Assembly: GCA_030324005.1 (NCBI GenBank)
Contig: JARDVH010000124.1
Location: 22,906,085 to 22,970,084 of the forward strand
Direction: 5' to 3'
Length of the DNA: 64,000 bases
Source of the DNA: Negaprion brevirostris
Taxonomy: Eukaryota
The position numbers and the translations under genes were made by a program. The notes under the pieces were generated by a model, which saw nothing but the letters and a program-made list of their open reading frames with translations, ran no database searches and was not told where the DNA came from. Positions 11,446 through 22,742 of the stretch are shown here, piece by piece. Each line of letters begins with the position of its first letter. The first letter of the stretch is position 1.

Positions 11446-12497
11446 TTGTTTGGGTGTATGCAACTTACTGAGTCAAAATGTCACCTACAATCTTCACTTA
11501 CAACTTCAGAAGAATTGCCATCTGAATAAAGAAGCTGCTCCGTATTACTTGTGTGGTTCTTCAGTAATCTAAGTGCACTCAATTATTTAGGATTAAGAAC
11601 ACTGAGTTGCTGCTAGCTCTCTCTATACAATTGTGCCTTCAGTACACTGTTCATTATCTGGATTTGTCATTTTGCAACCAATTTTCCCTTGAAACATTTC
11701 AAGTTACCGCCTTTTGTTCATGAACCAACAAAACAATTCTGCCCCAGTAGAATAACCCCATTATTAAACAAAACTTTAGATCAAATGTTTACTATTTTCC
11801 AGAATTAAAATCTGAATGCAATAGCATTCCGCAAAATCAAAATATAGCATTCAATTTCATATTATCCACTGGGATACACAACAGTCACAGGAAGTGTTCT
11901 TACGTTCTTCATTTGGAAGTTGTGCTTTTGAAGGGGGGGAAAAAAAATCAGCATAACTGTGTAACAGCATCTATTGCCAGCAAAACTCCCAGATTAAATG
12001 CAACACAGAGCGAATAAAGCTCCCCCAACATTGCTTTAATACAGCACCTCCTTCTGTCTTTTCCACTTTCAACATCAATTTACCGACCAAGTGAAATGCA
12101 AATTTTAAATTCACATTTATGCTTATTAATGAATGATTTTGTGCTTTGAATGCATGACTGAATAACTTGAGAGTACCCAAACTCAACTTACACAAGAACC
12201 CACGTATCTGGGCTGGATCTAAAACCAGGTCCCAAAAATGAAAGGGCGCCACGCTTTCTCACTGCACTATTCTGCTAAACCTGAGTGGTTGTCTAAATTT
12301 CACTCCTCAAAGCTAAAGTGCACAAGTGTTCTAAAAGAAGACAAATCTTGCCCTATAACTTACTATATAAATCATTCTACTCACAAAGTACCGCCTATCT
12401 AGTTGATTGGGAGTTTGAAGTCATTTGGATGTATACCACTGTAAATCAACAACAGATTCCATATGCAACTCCCAACTTAAGCAAGGCCTCTCATCTT

Positions 12498-12860
12498 GCA
12501 GTGGTAATGTGACAGGACCAGTAATCCAGAGGCCAGGGCTGGGTTCAAATCCCACCATGGCAGCTGATGAATTCAAAATTCAGTTAATTAATAAAAGATA
12601 CAGAATTGAAAAACATATAGTTCCAGTTTCATGGCATCATTACTATCATCGTTTGTTGAAAAATAAACCATCTGGTTCACTAATGAGAAGATCTGCCATC
12701 CTTACCTGGTCTGGCCTACATGTAATTGTAGACCCATAGCAATCTGCATTGACTTGGCATTGCCCTCTGAAATGGCCTAGCAAAACAACGAAGTCAAGAG
12801 CATTCAGGGATTGGCGCCAAATATTGGCCTTGACAGTCATGTCCACATCCGATTAAAGAT
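12498..12860 (+). mobile_element. tRNA-derived SINE (second family) with LINE-derived tail
   Basis: Head gtggtaatg...ccagtaatccagagg...gggttcaaatcccaccatggcag, body ctggttcactaatg...atctgccatccttacctggtctggcctacatg; homologous to 22385-22742 and 58025-58325. Confidence 0.8.
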
Positions 12861-13029
12861 CTTTTTAAAAACTAAATTTTGCTGCTGCAAATGCTGCATC
12901 AAGTACACCACTTCTACTTGAGGATTTCCCAACACTAGGGTGATATCATCAGAACACATTCATGGATGCCATACATGGAACAGAATGCAATTATTCTCAT
13001 TAGTCAGCAAAGGTAAACTACAACTCCTC

Positions 13030-14000
13030 CACAATCATCCTCAATATCAGTGCCTCTCAAGGCTGTGTTCTCAGCCCCTTATTATACTCGTTATACATAT
13101 GAATGTATGGCCAAATTTCTCTCCAACTCAATTTTCAAGTTTGTTGATGACACCATTATAGTGGGTCATACCTTAANNNNNNNNNNNNNNNNNNNNNNNN
13201 NNNNNNNNNNNNNNNNNNNNNNNNNNNNNNNNNNNNNNNNNNNNNNNNNNNNNNNNNNNNNNNNNNNNNNNNNNNNNNNNNNNNNNNNNNNNNNNNNNNN
13301 NNNNNNTGCCCTGTTGGGAGTTGCACATGGAACCTGTTGGTGATTTACAATGGCATACATCAATGGGGATGAAGTGGAAATGGTCGAGAGCTTCAAGTTT
13401 TTAGTTGTCCAAACCACCAACATCCTGTCTTGGACCTTCCACACTGATGTTATCATTCAGAAAGCCCATCAACGGCTCTACTTTCTCAAGATGCTAAGGA
13501 AATCTGGCATGTTTGCTACAACTCAACAACTTTTACTGATGCACCATAGAAAACATTCTTTCTGGTTGTAGCACAGCTTGGATGTGGCTCCTGAGCTGGC
13601 CGAGACTGCAAGAAACTTCAAAGGGTCATGAACAAAGCCCAGTCCATTACACGTACCGGCCTTCCATCCACTGAATCTGTCCACACTTCCTGCTACCTCA
13701 GAAAAGCAGCCAGCATAATCAAGGAACCCACACACCCCAGACATACTCTTCCACTTTCTTCCTTTGGAAAAAAGGTACAATAGTCTAAGGTCACATACCA
13801 ACACCAATTAAAGAACAGCTTTTTCCCTGCTGCCAGACTTCTGAATGGACCTACCTCATATTAAGTTGATCTTCCTCTACATCCAATGTAACATTACATT
13901 CATTTTCTCCTTCTCTGCAAAGGGTATGCTTTGTCTGTATAGCACGCAAGAAGCAATACTTTTCACTGTATACTAATACATGTAACAGTAATAAAATCAA
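13030..14000 (+). mobile_element. Rex1/Babar-like LINE, decayed RT and 3' end
   Basis: RT motifs (caaggctgtgttctcagcccc = QGCVLSP; SIFKFVDDTIIVG; YINGDEVEMVESFKFL; KAHQRLYFL). The 3' half is homologous to 3620-4122. Confidence 0.88.
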
Positions 14001-14741
14001 ACCATTATAATCAATTTATTAGGTAAATATGGTCAAGTAGGGTGAAAAAGAATTGTAATCCACAAAAAGCTATCACACTGCACTATTGTTTTCCAAGAGA
14101 TCTGAATCACTTTCAAAATCACTTGGCTGACTCATAGCTAACTCTGTAGTAGTATAACCTCTGAAAGTATAACAGATAAATTGGGGCATCTTCTACTGTG
14201 GTCATTCGATGGATGGGAGTAAAATTAACCCCATCGCATTAATACACACAGGTATGAGGTACTATGAAGAAGCAACCAAAATGAGCAGAAAATAAAAAGG
14301 ACTTCATGTTTCACTTCCAGTTTGGGAGTTAATGCTGAATTCTTCTGAAGTCAGGAGTTCACATCATGGAAAAAAACATGAATGACATCGACAAGTGAAT
14401 GTATGATGGCAAGTGAACATAGCTGCTGCCAAAACATCTTCCCTTCCAGCAGTTTTCACTGGGCATATCCCACCCGCCCACATCACACCCCCTTCAATTT
14501 CCTGTCTTCACTCATTTTAAACCCACAGTCAACGGTCTCAATTTCCAAAGGTCCTCTCCTTGTGGGCAACAAAAAAAAAAGGATAAATGGTGTGGTTCCA
14601 CCATGAGGGAGTAACTCTGCTATCACAGTTGCTTTCCACCATGGTCTTTCCAGCTTTCACATTTACTCATTTTCTGTCTTTATGTAACTATCGCTATAAA
14701 TGGCATTCCATGATAAGCTGATTGGATTGTTTAAAGTTCAT

Positions 14742-14881
14742 TTTTTGGTGTCGCAAATAGGCTTACATTAACACTGCAATGAGGTTATTGTGAAAATCCC
14801 CTAGTTGCCACACTCCAGTCTGCTCGGGTACACTGAGGGAGAATTCAGCATGGCCACATCTTTCGGACTGTGGGAGGAAAC
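14742..14881 (-). mobile_element. 3' part of a V-domain SINE (same tail type as 948-1247), truncated by a gap
   Basis: ggcttacattaacactgcaatgaggttattgtgaaaatcccctagttgccacac...tttcggactgtgggaggaaac. Confidence 0.8.
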
Positions 14882-15649
14882 NNNNNNNNNNNNNNNNNNN
14901 NNNNNNNNNNNNNNNNNNNNNNNNNNNNNNNNNNNNNNNNNNNNNNNNNNNNNNNNNNNNNNNNNNNNNNNNNNNNNNNNNNNNNNNNNNNNNNNNNNNN
15001 NNNNNNNNNNNNNNNNNNNNNNNNNNNNNNNNNNNNNNNNNNNNNNNNNNNNNNNNNNNNNNNNNNNNNNNNNNNNNNNNNNNNNNNNNNNNNNNNNNNN
15101 NNNNNNNNNNNNNNNNNNNNNNNNNNNNNNNNNNNNNNNNNNNNNNNNNNNNNNNNNNNNNNNNNNNNNNNNNNNNNNNNNNNNNNNNNNNNNNNNNNNN
15201 NNNNNNNNNNNNNNNNNNNNNNNNNNNNNNNNNNNNNNNNNNNNNNNNNNNNNNNNNNNNNNNNNNNNNNNNNNNNNNNNNNNNNNNNNNNNNNNNNNNN
15301 NNNNNNNNNNNNNNNNNNNNNNNNNNNNNNNNNNNNNNNNNNNNNNNNNNNNNNNNNNNNNNNNNNNNNNNNNNNNNNNNNNNNNNNNNNNNNNNNNNNN
15401 NNNNNNNNNNNNNNNNNNNNNNNNNNNNNNNNNNNNNNNNNNNNNNNNNNNNNNNNNNNNNNNNNNNNNNNNNNNNNNNNNNNNNNNNNNNNNNNNNNNN
15501 NNNNNNNNNNNNNNNNNNNNNNNNNNNNNNNNNNNNNNNNNNNNNNNNNTAGGTCCTCAACTTGCCTCAGATTTGATTTACGATTTCATATGTTCATCAA
15601 AATGGTTGCAAAATAAAACGAAGTGCAGAGCCAAAAGCGCTTAGGGGGG

Positions 15650-15651
<2 letters not shown>

Positions 15652-15680
<29 letters not shown>
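15652..15680 (+). repeat. (GA)n microsatellite
   Basis: About 14 perfect GA units. Confidence 0.95.
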
Positions 15681-15684
<4 letters not shown>

Positions 15685-16951
15685 ATAGCAAAATCAAGAA
15701 AGCTCCAGAAACCTGCTGATCTATTTTTTTTGGGGGGGGGGTTTAACGTTATTACCAATGCAACTTATTTTCCTTGTTTCTTTACCTGAACCACATGTTT
15801 TATGTGTCTGCATTTTAGTGCTGCTAGTCTGCGCAACATGTAATTTTCAATTATGTTAAGGCATAACAAGATCACTGCTTGTAGTGCGTTGTGAGTGTGA
15901 GGAAATGAGACTCAGCCCTACTGCAGAGAGAGATAACCAGAACCAGATGGGCACAAGCAGTCCTACAGAGTTACGTAGTAGTAACCACCCCACAAACAAT
16001 TCACTCACACAATGGACACAGACGCCAGATAATTGCTGAGGCCCCATGCTTTCTGCACATAGCATAGAGCGTTAAATTCTAGACCAGGAAAGTATGAAGG
16101 AAGCACAGGTCAAGAGGTTTAATGACAAATTGCTATAAGCAGAATATTTCTGTAAGACTTAAAATTGGATTTCCTACAAGGACAGGTCAAAAATAATAGA
16201 ACATCATAGTTATTTATTCATTAATTCTTCCTTACATCCCCCCCACCAAAAAATCTCAAATACCCACATCTTTCAAACATACACATCTAAAATTACACAG
16301 AGTAAAAGATCTATATGCTTTTCGACAAAAATATAGAATTTTTTTTAAAAATCCAACTGTTGTTTAGAAAGATTAATTTCATTCCAAATCCCCAAATAAT
16401 CCAATAGCCATTTAAATACAACATACATTTGGGATCCCAATTCAGTGGCGTTATCGCAATTCCACCCTCTCCTCTGCTCGAGAGGTCTTTGTCAAGGTGG
16501 CCCCAATGCTCACTCTCTTAAAACTAAAACCCAACAACCCATATTGGCAGCTTAGAAACTGACAAGAGGAGAAACAATTAATTTCAAAATAAGTTAACAT
16601 ATGTCTTAACTGTTATCTGCCAACTTCTCATTGCACATGGCATCCACATGCAAGGACACTCACAAATGCATGCAAATGGGATACTTTGGTTTCCAGAATT
16701 AACTTTTCCTACAGCATTTTCAGGTTTCTTACAAATGGGCAGGAAAGTGCTTCATGGGAAATTTGACCAGTCTATTAAGTACCACAGCTCTCTCATTAAG
16801 GGTGGCAGCAACACTCAAGTAAACCATGGAGCTCTAGAGAATGAAGGGAAGTATGACAAGCAATCTTAACCAAATAAAAGTGAAGTCAGGAGACACGCTG
16901 ATCAAATCCAATTAGTACTGGTGGTTCATACAGTTTTTTCTTAATCAAATA

Positions 16952-17268
16952 CAGTGGTTAGCACTGCTGTCTCACAGCTCCAGGAGATCCAGGTTTGATT
17001 CCCAACCGGGGTCACTGTCTGTATGGAGTTTGCACATTCTCCGTGTTTGCACGCGTTTCCTCCAGATGCTCCGGTTTCCTCCCACAGTCCAAAGATGTGC
17101 AGGTTAGGTGGATTGGACATGCTAAATTAACCCTTAGTGTCCCAGGACGTGACAAATTACAGGGATTAGCAGAGTAACTAAGCAGGTATAGGGCCAGGGT
17201 GAGATTGTTGTCGGTGCAGACTCGATAGGCTGAATGGCCTACTTCTGCACTGTAAAGTTTTTATGATT
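16952..17268 (+). mobile_element. HE1-like V-SINE, near full length, CR1-derived tail
   Basis: cagtggttagcactgctgtctcacag head, V core, tail ggctgaatggcctacttctgcactgta. Confidence 0.88.
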
Positions 17269-18339
17269 TCAAATACTTCAATACATGGGCCACTATAAAT
17301 ACAATACCAAAGAAAATCAAGTTACCATGACAAGTGTAATCCTTCAGTTTTCTATTGAGACGCAAGGTTGCATCCACAAGTTAACTTTCCTCATTAGAGA
17401 TCAGCATATTTGCAGCATTTTCTGCTTTCATTTCCAACATCTCCAATTTTTTTTTTAACATATAAAAAAGCCACTGGGCTGGACAACACATTTCCAATCC
17501 CTAATTGTTCATACTAAGCACATGCCATTAAGCACATTGACCAGTAACAACATGTACTGCAAATGCCAAGCATTGCAATGTGTATTTTAGGTGTGTTTCT
17601 GTGTACAGACCAAAATATCACTAATTTAAAATCTGATACCACCGTTTGTTTTATCAGTGCCCACTGATCACAGAGTCTTCTGATCGATAAGCAGAAACTG
17701 TCACCTGGTACTTTAATCCTCTCCTTTATATTACATCCATATTGGTGCATAATGCCTCTTTTATGTAACCTTCACACTTGAAGGTAATTCCCCCTTTGTG
17801 TCTCATGTTAAAGTTGAAGCAGTTCTCCAATACAAAACTTTAGAATCTGCATTATATTTATATTGCACAGCACTGAAAAAGGCAAATACACAAATTTTAT
17901 ACATGCATGGCTGTCTGGAAGTCATAATCACCACTTCCAATTTTAGCCACCAGGCAATTCCCCATTGTTGAAGCACAGATCTACAATGGAAAAGCAGTTG
18001 CCATCAGCAGTATTTATATTTGCTACAGTCAGCTCCACTGCCTTGGGAGGAACCAAGGGAAAACCACTGCTTCCTTCAAGAGCTGCTGTCAGTGACAATG
18101 CAAGAGTTCAGGGGGGGTCATTAGGTCATTCATACACCAAAAGATCAAAATATCAAAAAAGCAATAAGACATCCTGCCCAATGATATGACACTTTGTGGA
18201 CTTGTGGCATGGCAGTACAACTTCAGGCCAACAAAGTTCTGAGGATCACACAGCTTGGCAAAAGGGTGAACAAATTTAACTGATGTGAGAGGGAAATGAT
18301 TTAGAAATCAGACTTCAACCAATGAAGCATTGTAGAAGC

Positions 18340-18590
18340 ATAGAATCCTACAATGCAGAAGGAGGTCATTCGGGCCAACGAGTCTGCACCAACCACCATC
18401 CCATCCAGGCCTATCCCCATACCCCATGCATTTACCCTAACTAGTCCCTCTGTCACTAAGGGGCAATTTAGCATGACCAATCCACCTAACCCACACATCT
18501 TTGGACTGTGGGAGGTAACTGGAGCACCTGAAGGAAACCCACACAGACACAGGGAGAACATGCAAACTCCACACAGACAGTGGCCCAAGC
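18340..18590 (-). mobile_element. HE1-like V-SINE
   Basis: Reverse complement of V core and CR1 tail (catagaatcctacaatgcagaaggaggtcattcgg...ctttggactgtgggagg...catgcaaactccacacagacagtggcccaag). Confidence 0.88.
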
Positions 18591-18962
18591 CACTGTACCA
18601 GCAAGCTGCCCCACTGTATTGGGGCAGCATGCTGGTGGGTCTACTCTGTGTAGACTGAGGGTCTACTCTGAAGGCAGCCAACAGCAGCAAGCTTGCCACA
18701 TAAGTGTTGGTGGCACTGCAGCACTCTTAGACCAGGGATTAAATATCTCACCTCCAAAATGCTAATTTTTCTCATCATTGCTGGCAAGTGGGTCAGTCCT
18801 GCATTTATGAAGGTGTGATTATACACAAGATGAGATATCTTTGCAGCCAAGAAGGAAGAAATGTTAACTGACAGAAAATTAAAAACAATTAGATCAGCTG
18901 CAAAGTTGATGCCTGTAGGCAAGATAAAGTGAGAAACTTAATGGCAGACTTTGAGATTGATA

Positions 18963-19041
18963 AGAACATAAGAACATAAGAAACAGGAGCAGGAGAAGGC
19001 CATCTAGCCCCTCGAGCCTGCCCCGCCATTCAATAAGATCA
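18963..19041 (-). mobile_element. Young CR1 3' end with short terminal tandem repeat, followed by a gap
   Basis: taagaacataagaacataagaaacaggagcaggagaaggccatctagcccctcgagcctgccccgccattcaataagatcatggctgatct. Confidence 0.85.
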
Positions 19042-19162
19042 TGGCTGATCTGTCGTGGCTCNNNNNNNNNNNNNNNNNNNNNNNNNNNNNNNNNNNNNNN
19101 NNNNNNNNNNNNNNNNNNNNNNNNNNNNNNNNNNNNNNNNNNNNNNNNNNNNNNNNNNNNNC

Positions 19163-19292
19163 AAAAAGCCCGCGAAAATGCTTTTAAATGATTTAAACAG
19201 TTCTACAAGGTAAGTTCTTACTACACACTAAAAAGCCCGCGAAAATGCTTTAAACTTATTTAAACAGGTTTTAAACAGGTAATTTCTTATCT
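19163..19292. repeat. Two copies of an approximately 67-bp tandem unit beginning aaaaagcccgcgaaaatgcttt
   Basis: Identical 22-mer at 19163-19184 and 19230-19251, with similar downstream sequence. Confidence 0.85.
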
Positions 19293-20759
19293 GACTTTCT
19301 GCTCCAGCAAACAATGGAAGGCTTCACCCAGTGAGTACCAATCCAATGTTGCATCTTCTAGAGGACATCCCAACTTAAATTGCTGCCTGTAACACAGGCT
19401 GTCAACATGCGACAGCACCCAACATCGATGCTGCCAAAGGGAGTGACCATTAGACTGTTTAAGAGGCAACCCCCAAACTAATGGCATATCAAATGAGACA
19501 GCTTGGTGAGCAGTTTATATAGGCATTGAGGTAAACAGAAACCTGCTGGGTATAGGAAGTTAGCAATTCTGTTTGAAACAAAATCTAAGAATTGATGGCT
19601 GTCTAGTGAAGATCAAGATTTAGCAAGTCCTCCTTCAACAGCCCTAGTAGTCATATGATAGAATAATGAAGCTGTTGACTAATCATACATGATTAGTCAA
19701 CTAATGTCTATAATTAGGCTACAACGTACTCATTCAAACGGATGGCAAGAAAACCTCCAGTGATAGAAAACTTTGGGAACCATAGACCCAAAGTCACCTG
19801 TTCCCACAAGCACACTACACTTGCCATGTCATGTCTCAAATTACTCTCATACTGCAGTATTATTCATGGCAGGAAATTGAATTTGCATTTGAATCAAGCA
19901 ATACTATTTAATTCCACCATCGCCCTTGGGAGCCTATTCCATAGATTCACCACGTGCTCACTGAAACATTGGCCTGGATCTTGCAGTTTGTGGCCAAGCA
20001 TATCAAAGAAAGCTGCACATGACAGTTTAGCAGGCTCCACAGCAGCGTCAAGCTTCCCTATTATGATGTCAATTTAATTCATACACTTCTAAAGTGGGTC
20101 TGGTGACTAGGAACAGTATCAAAACAAACAGAGCAAACAAATAATCAGATTGAAGAATTCCCAGACAGCAAACCAAGAAGCAAACACTGTTTATTTAAAT
20201 AGTATTTTTTAAACATACTAAAACACCCAAATATAATGCACTAATTATGCAGTTTTTAATCATGTTGCAAAGAGCAAAATGAAAATCAAGACATATGGGA
20301 TTACAGTAACAAATATTAAAATTCAAACAAAATTAATTTTATTTTGAAAACCTATGGAATGGAGGCAAATGCCAGACTTCTAAAATCAGTTTTTCAGGGA
20401 CAGGGAGGTTGTTCAGCAGTAACTATGCCTTAGTACACCATAAAAACTCAATCACAACACATTCAACAAGACATAACATCTTCAATGGTTATTACAGAAA
20501 GAACAGTGCATAAAAGTTGGAAGTTCAACTCAAACCACTGATTTTGTGAAGACTGTCTGTGACAATGCACCCCAATGGAGGAGTGGCAACTTCTGGATTT
20601 CTACGTGCGCAGCAGCCAGAAGTTGTCATCAGTTCCACAAAGTAATGATGCCAAACACCAACAGTTTCACTGTCAATAAAACCACAATATTTATGTGCAA
20701 TCCAATCCCTCCATTCTGGTTAGCCTCTTTGGCATCTTTACAATAGCTGTTGTATCTTT

Positions 20760-21260
20760 TTGAAGTGCAGTGACCAGACCTGCCCACAGTTTTCAGAGTC
20801 TTGTCACATCCACGATTTATAAAGTAGCAGGATTACTGCACACTTTTAAACTCAATAGTAATCTCATCAACCTAATGCCTGATTTGTTCTGCCAGCAAGC
20901 ATGGTCACAATAGTTTCAATTTAACAGATCACTCATTTTCCATACATCTTTTCTTTCCATTTAAGTAATAGCCCCTTCCTGGATTTGGCATCCACACGTG
21001 GAGCACTTTGAATACCACCACATTGAGTTTTCAACTGCCATAGGTAGTCCAGTTCAAAAATATATTCAAAGCCCGCTTAGTCTGTGCTGTTCAGATTCAG
21101 ACTGTATCATCTTTGTTAGCTTTGTATCATTGGGAAATTTAGCCACTTTGCTCGTCAATTCCAGCACTGGATCAGTGAAGTAGTAGTACAGACGACCAGG
21201 GTAACGAAATCCCAGATCATTGGCAATGCCTCCACCACTACCCTCTGAAATTATAGGGCC
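20760..21260 (-). mobile_element. Highly decayed CR1 RT fragment
   Basis: VAKFPNDTKL (degenerate KFADDTKL) in ORF 21066-21263 and a gtgaccagacctgcccacagt motif. Confidence 0.55.
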
Positions 21261-22384
21261 CATTACTTGAATATTCTCTTATAGAAGTAGACAAATGAGC
21301 AGTGCAGGTGAGTTACAATCACCCTGTTACTCCACACAGCCCCAACAATAAGCACCAACTACAACCTCAAAAAAAAACACAATCCCTTCTGTTCCAGTAC
21401 TTCTGACACCAGAAATTCTCTGTGCTTCTTTTAAAGGGAGGTTTGCCCAATTAGGGCCAAATTATTGGAGTTGATGCTGCGGACAGCGTTCCCCTGGGAA
21501 TGGGCTGAGACTGCTCAAACTCATTTGACCCAAGACCCTTAACAGCAATCACTTCCATTCTACTTGAGCTTGAGCCCCAGAGGGAAAGGGCATTCAATTA
21601 AAAGAACTAACTTCCTAATCGCACTGGGAAAGTTCAATCCAACAAATTCCACACACAGGTAAAGCTAACTTCTTACACTTTCAAAAGGGTGCATTGTGAT
21701 GGGTGCTACGCAGGCAAAATGCAGAAAGATATTGTTTATAACACTATACTAAACATTAAGTCTTAAATTTAAAAACAAAACAGTAATGCTCCAAAAAATG
21801 TTTATTTGTAGAATGAGAGGTTTAGTCATACATCCCAGGTATTGGACATCAATTGTCATTAATTAAGGAATCATCCTTTGCATATACATTTCAGTGCTTT
21901 TGAAGTATTTCTTATTTAATTGCTGATGAGAAGAACTAGTTTAGAAGAATCCTAAATTTATCTGAATTGAAGAGTTGACATATCACTGGGCTATGCTAGA
22001 GACCTGGATTTCCCTGTGGGTATGCTTGCCAGCTGATTGATCAATGGCACAAACTGGTCACACTGAACCAACCAAGGATGGACACCAGCACAACAATTAA
22101 GATGAGGGGGCATATTTCTCTTCCAAACTCCAGAATTGACCCTTATGTTTGTCCCCAACTCTTTATACATGATTGCATCTGTTGGACCAACTGAATTAAC
22201 TGTAATCTCCATCCCCTTTTTGCATGCAGTTCGCTTGGTAGCATTGGAGAGAGTAGAAATAATACTGGCATCAGTGCAAATTCAACTCCACCTTCCTGAC
22301 TCCACAGAAATCCAAAACACTGTCTCTTAATGCAATAATGAGCAAGGTGTTACAGAGCTGTCTTTTGTTAATTCTTTGGTTTTA

Positions 22385-22742
22385 CTCTTTCATGGGATGT
22401 GGGCATTGCTGGCAAAGCCAGTATTTGTTACCCAACTCTAAGTGCTCTTCAGTGCCTTGCCACAAAATTTCAGAGGGCAGCTCAGTCTGGAGTCACATGT
22501 AGGCCAGAGTAGGTAAGGACAGCAGATTTCCTTCCCTAAACGGCATTAGCGAAACAGATGGATCTTTACAACAATCGACAATGGTTTCATCGACATGAAT
22601 ACTGAGACTAGCTTTTAATTCCAGATTTATTAACTGAAATTAAATTCCACCAGCTACCCTGGAGTTGAACCCTTGCCCCCACAGCATTAACCTGGGCCTT
22701 TGGATTATTAGTCCATTGGTATTACCACTACGTCACTGCCTT
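22385..22742 (-). mobile_element. tRNA-derived SINE (second family)
   Basis: ttcatgggatgtgggcattgctggcaaagccagtatttg tail; ggtaaggacagcagatttccttccctaa body; ctgggcctttggattattagtcca...taccact head. Confidence 0.82.

Noticed and set aside
10941-15644. Long ORFs (116-279 aa) in the ORF track
   Set aside because: They consist almost entirely of N-gap translation.
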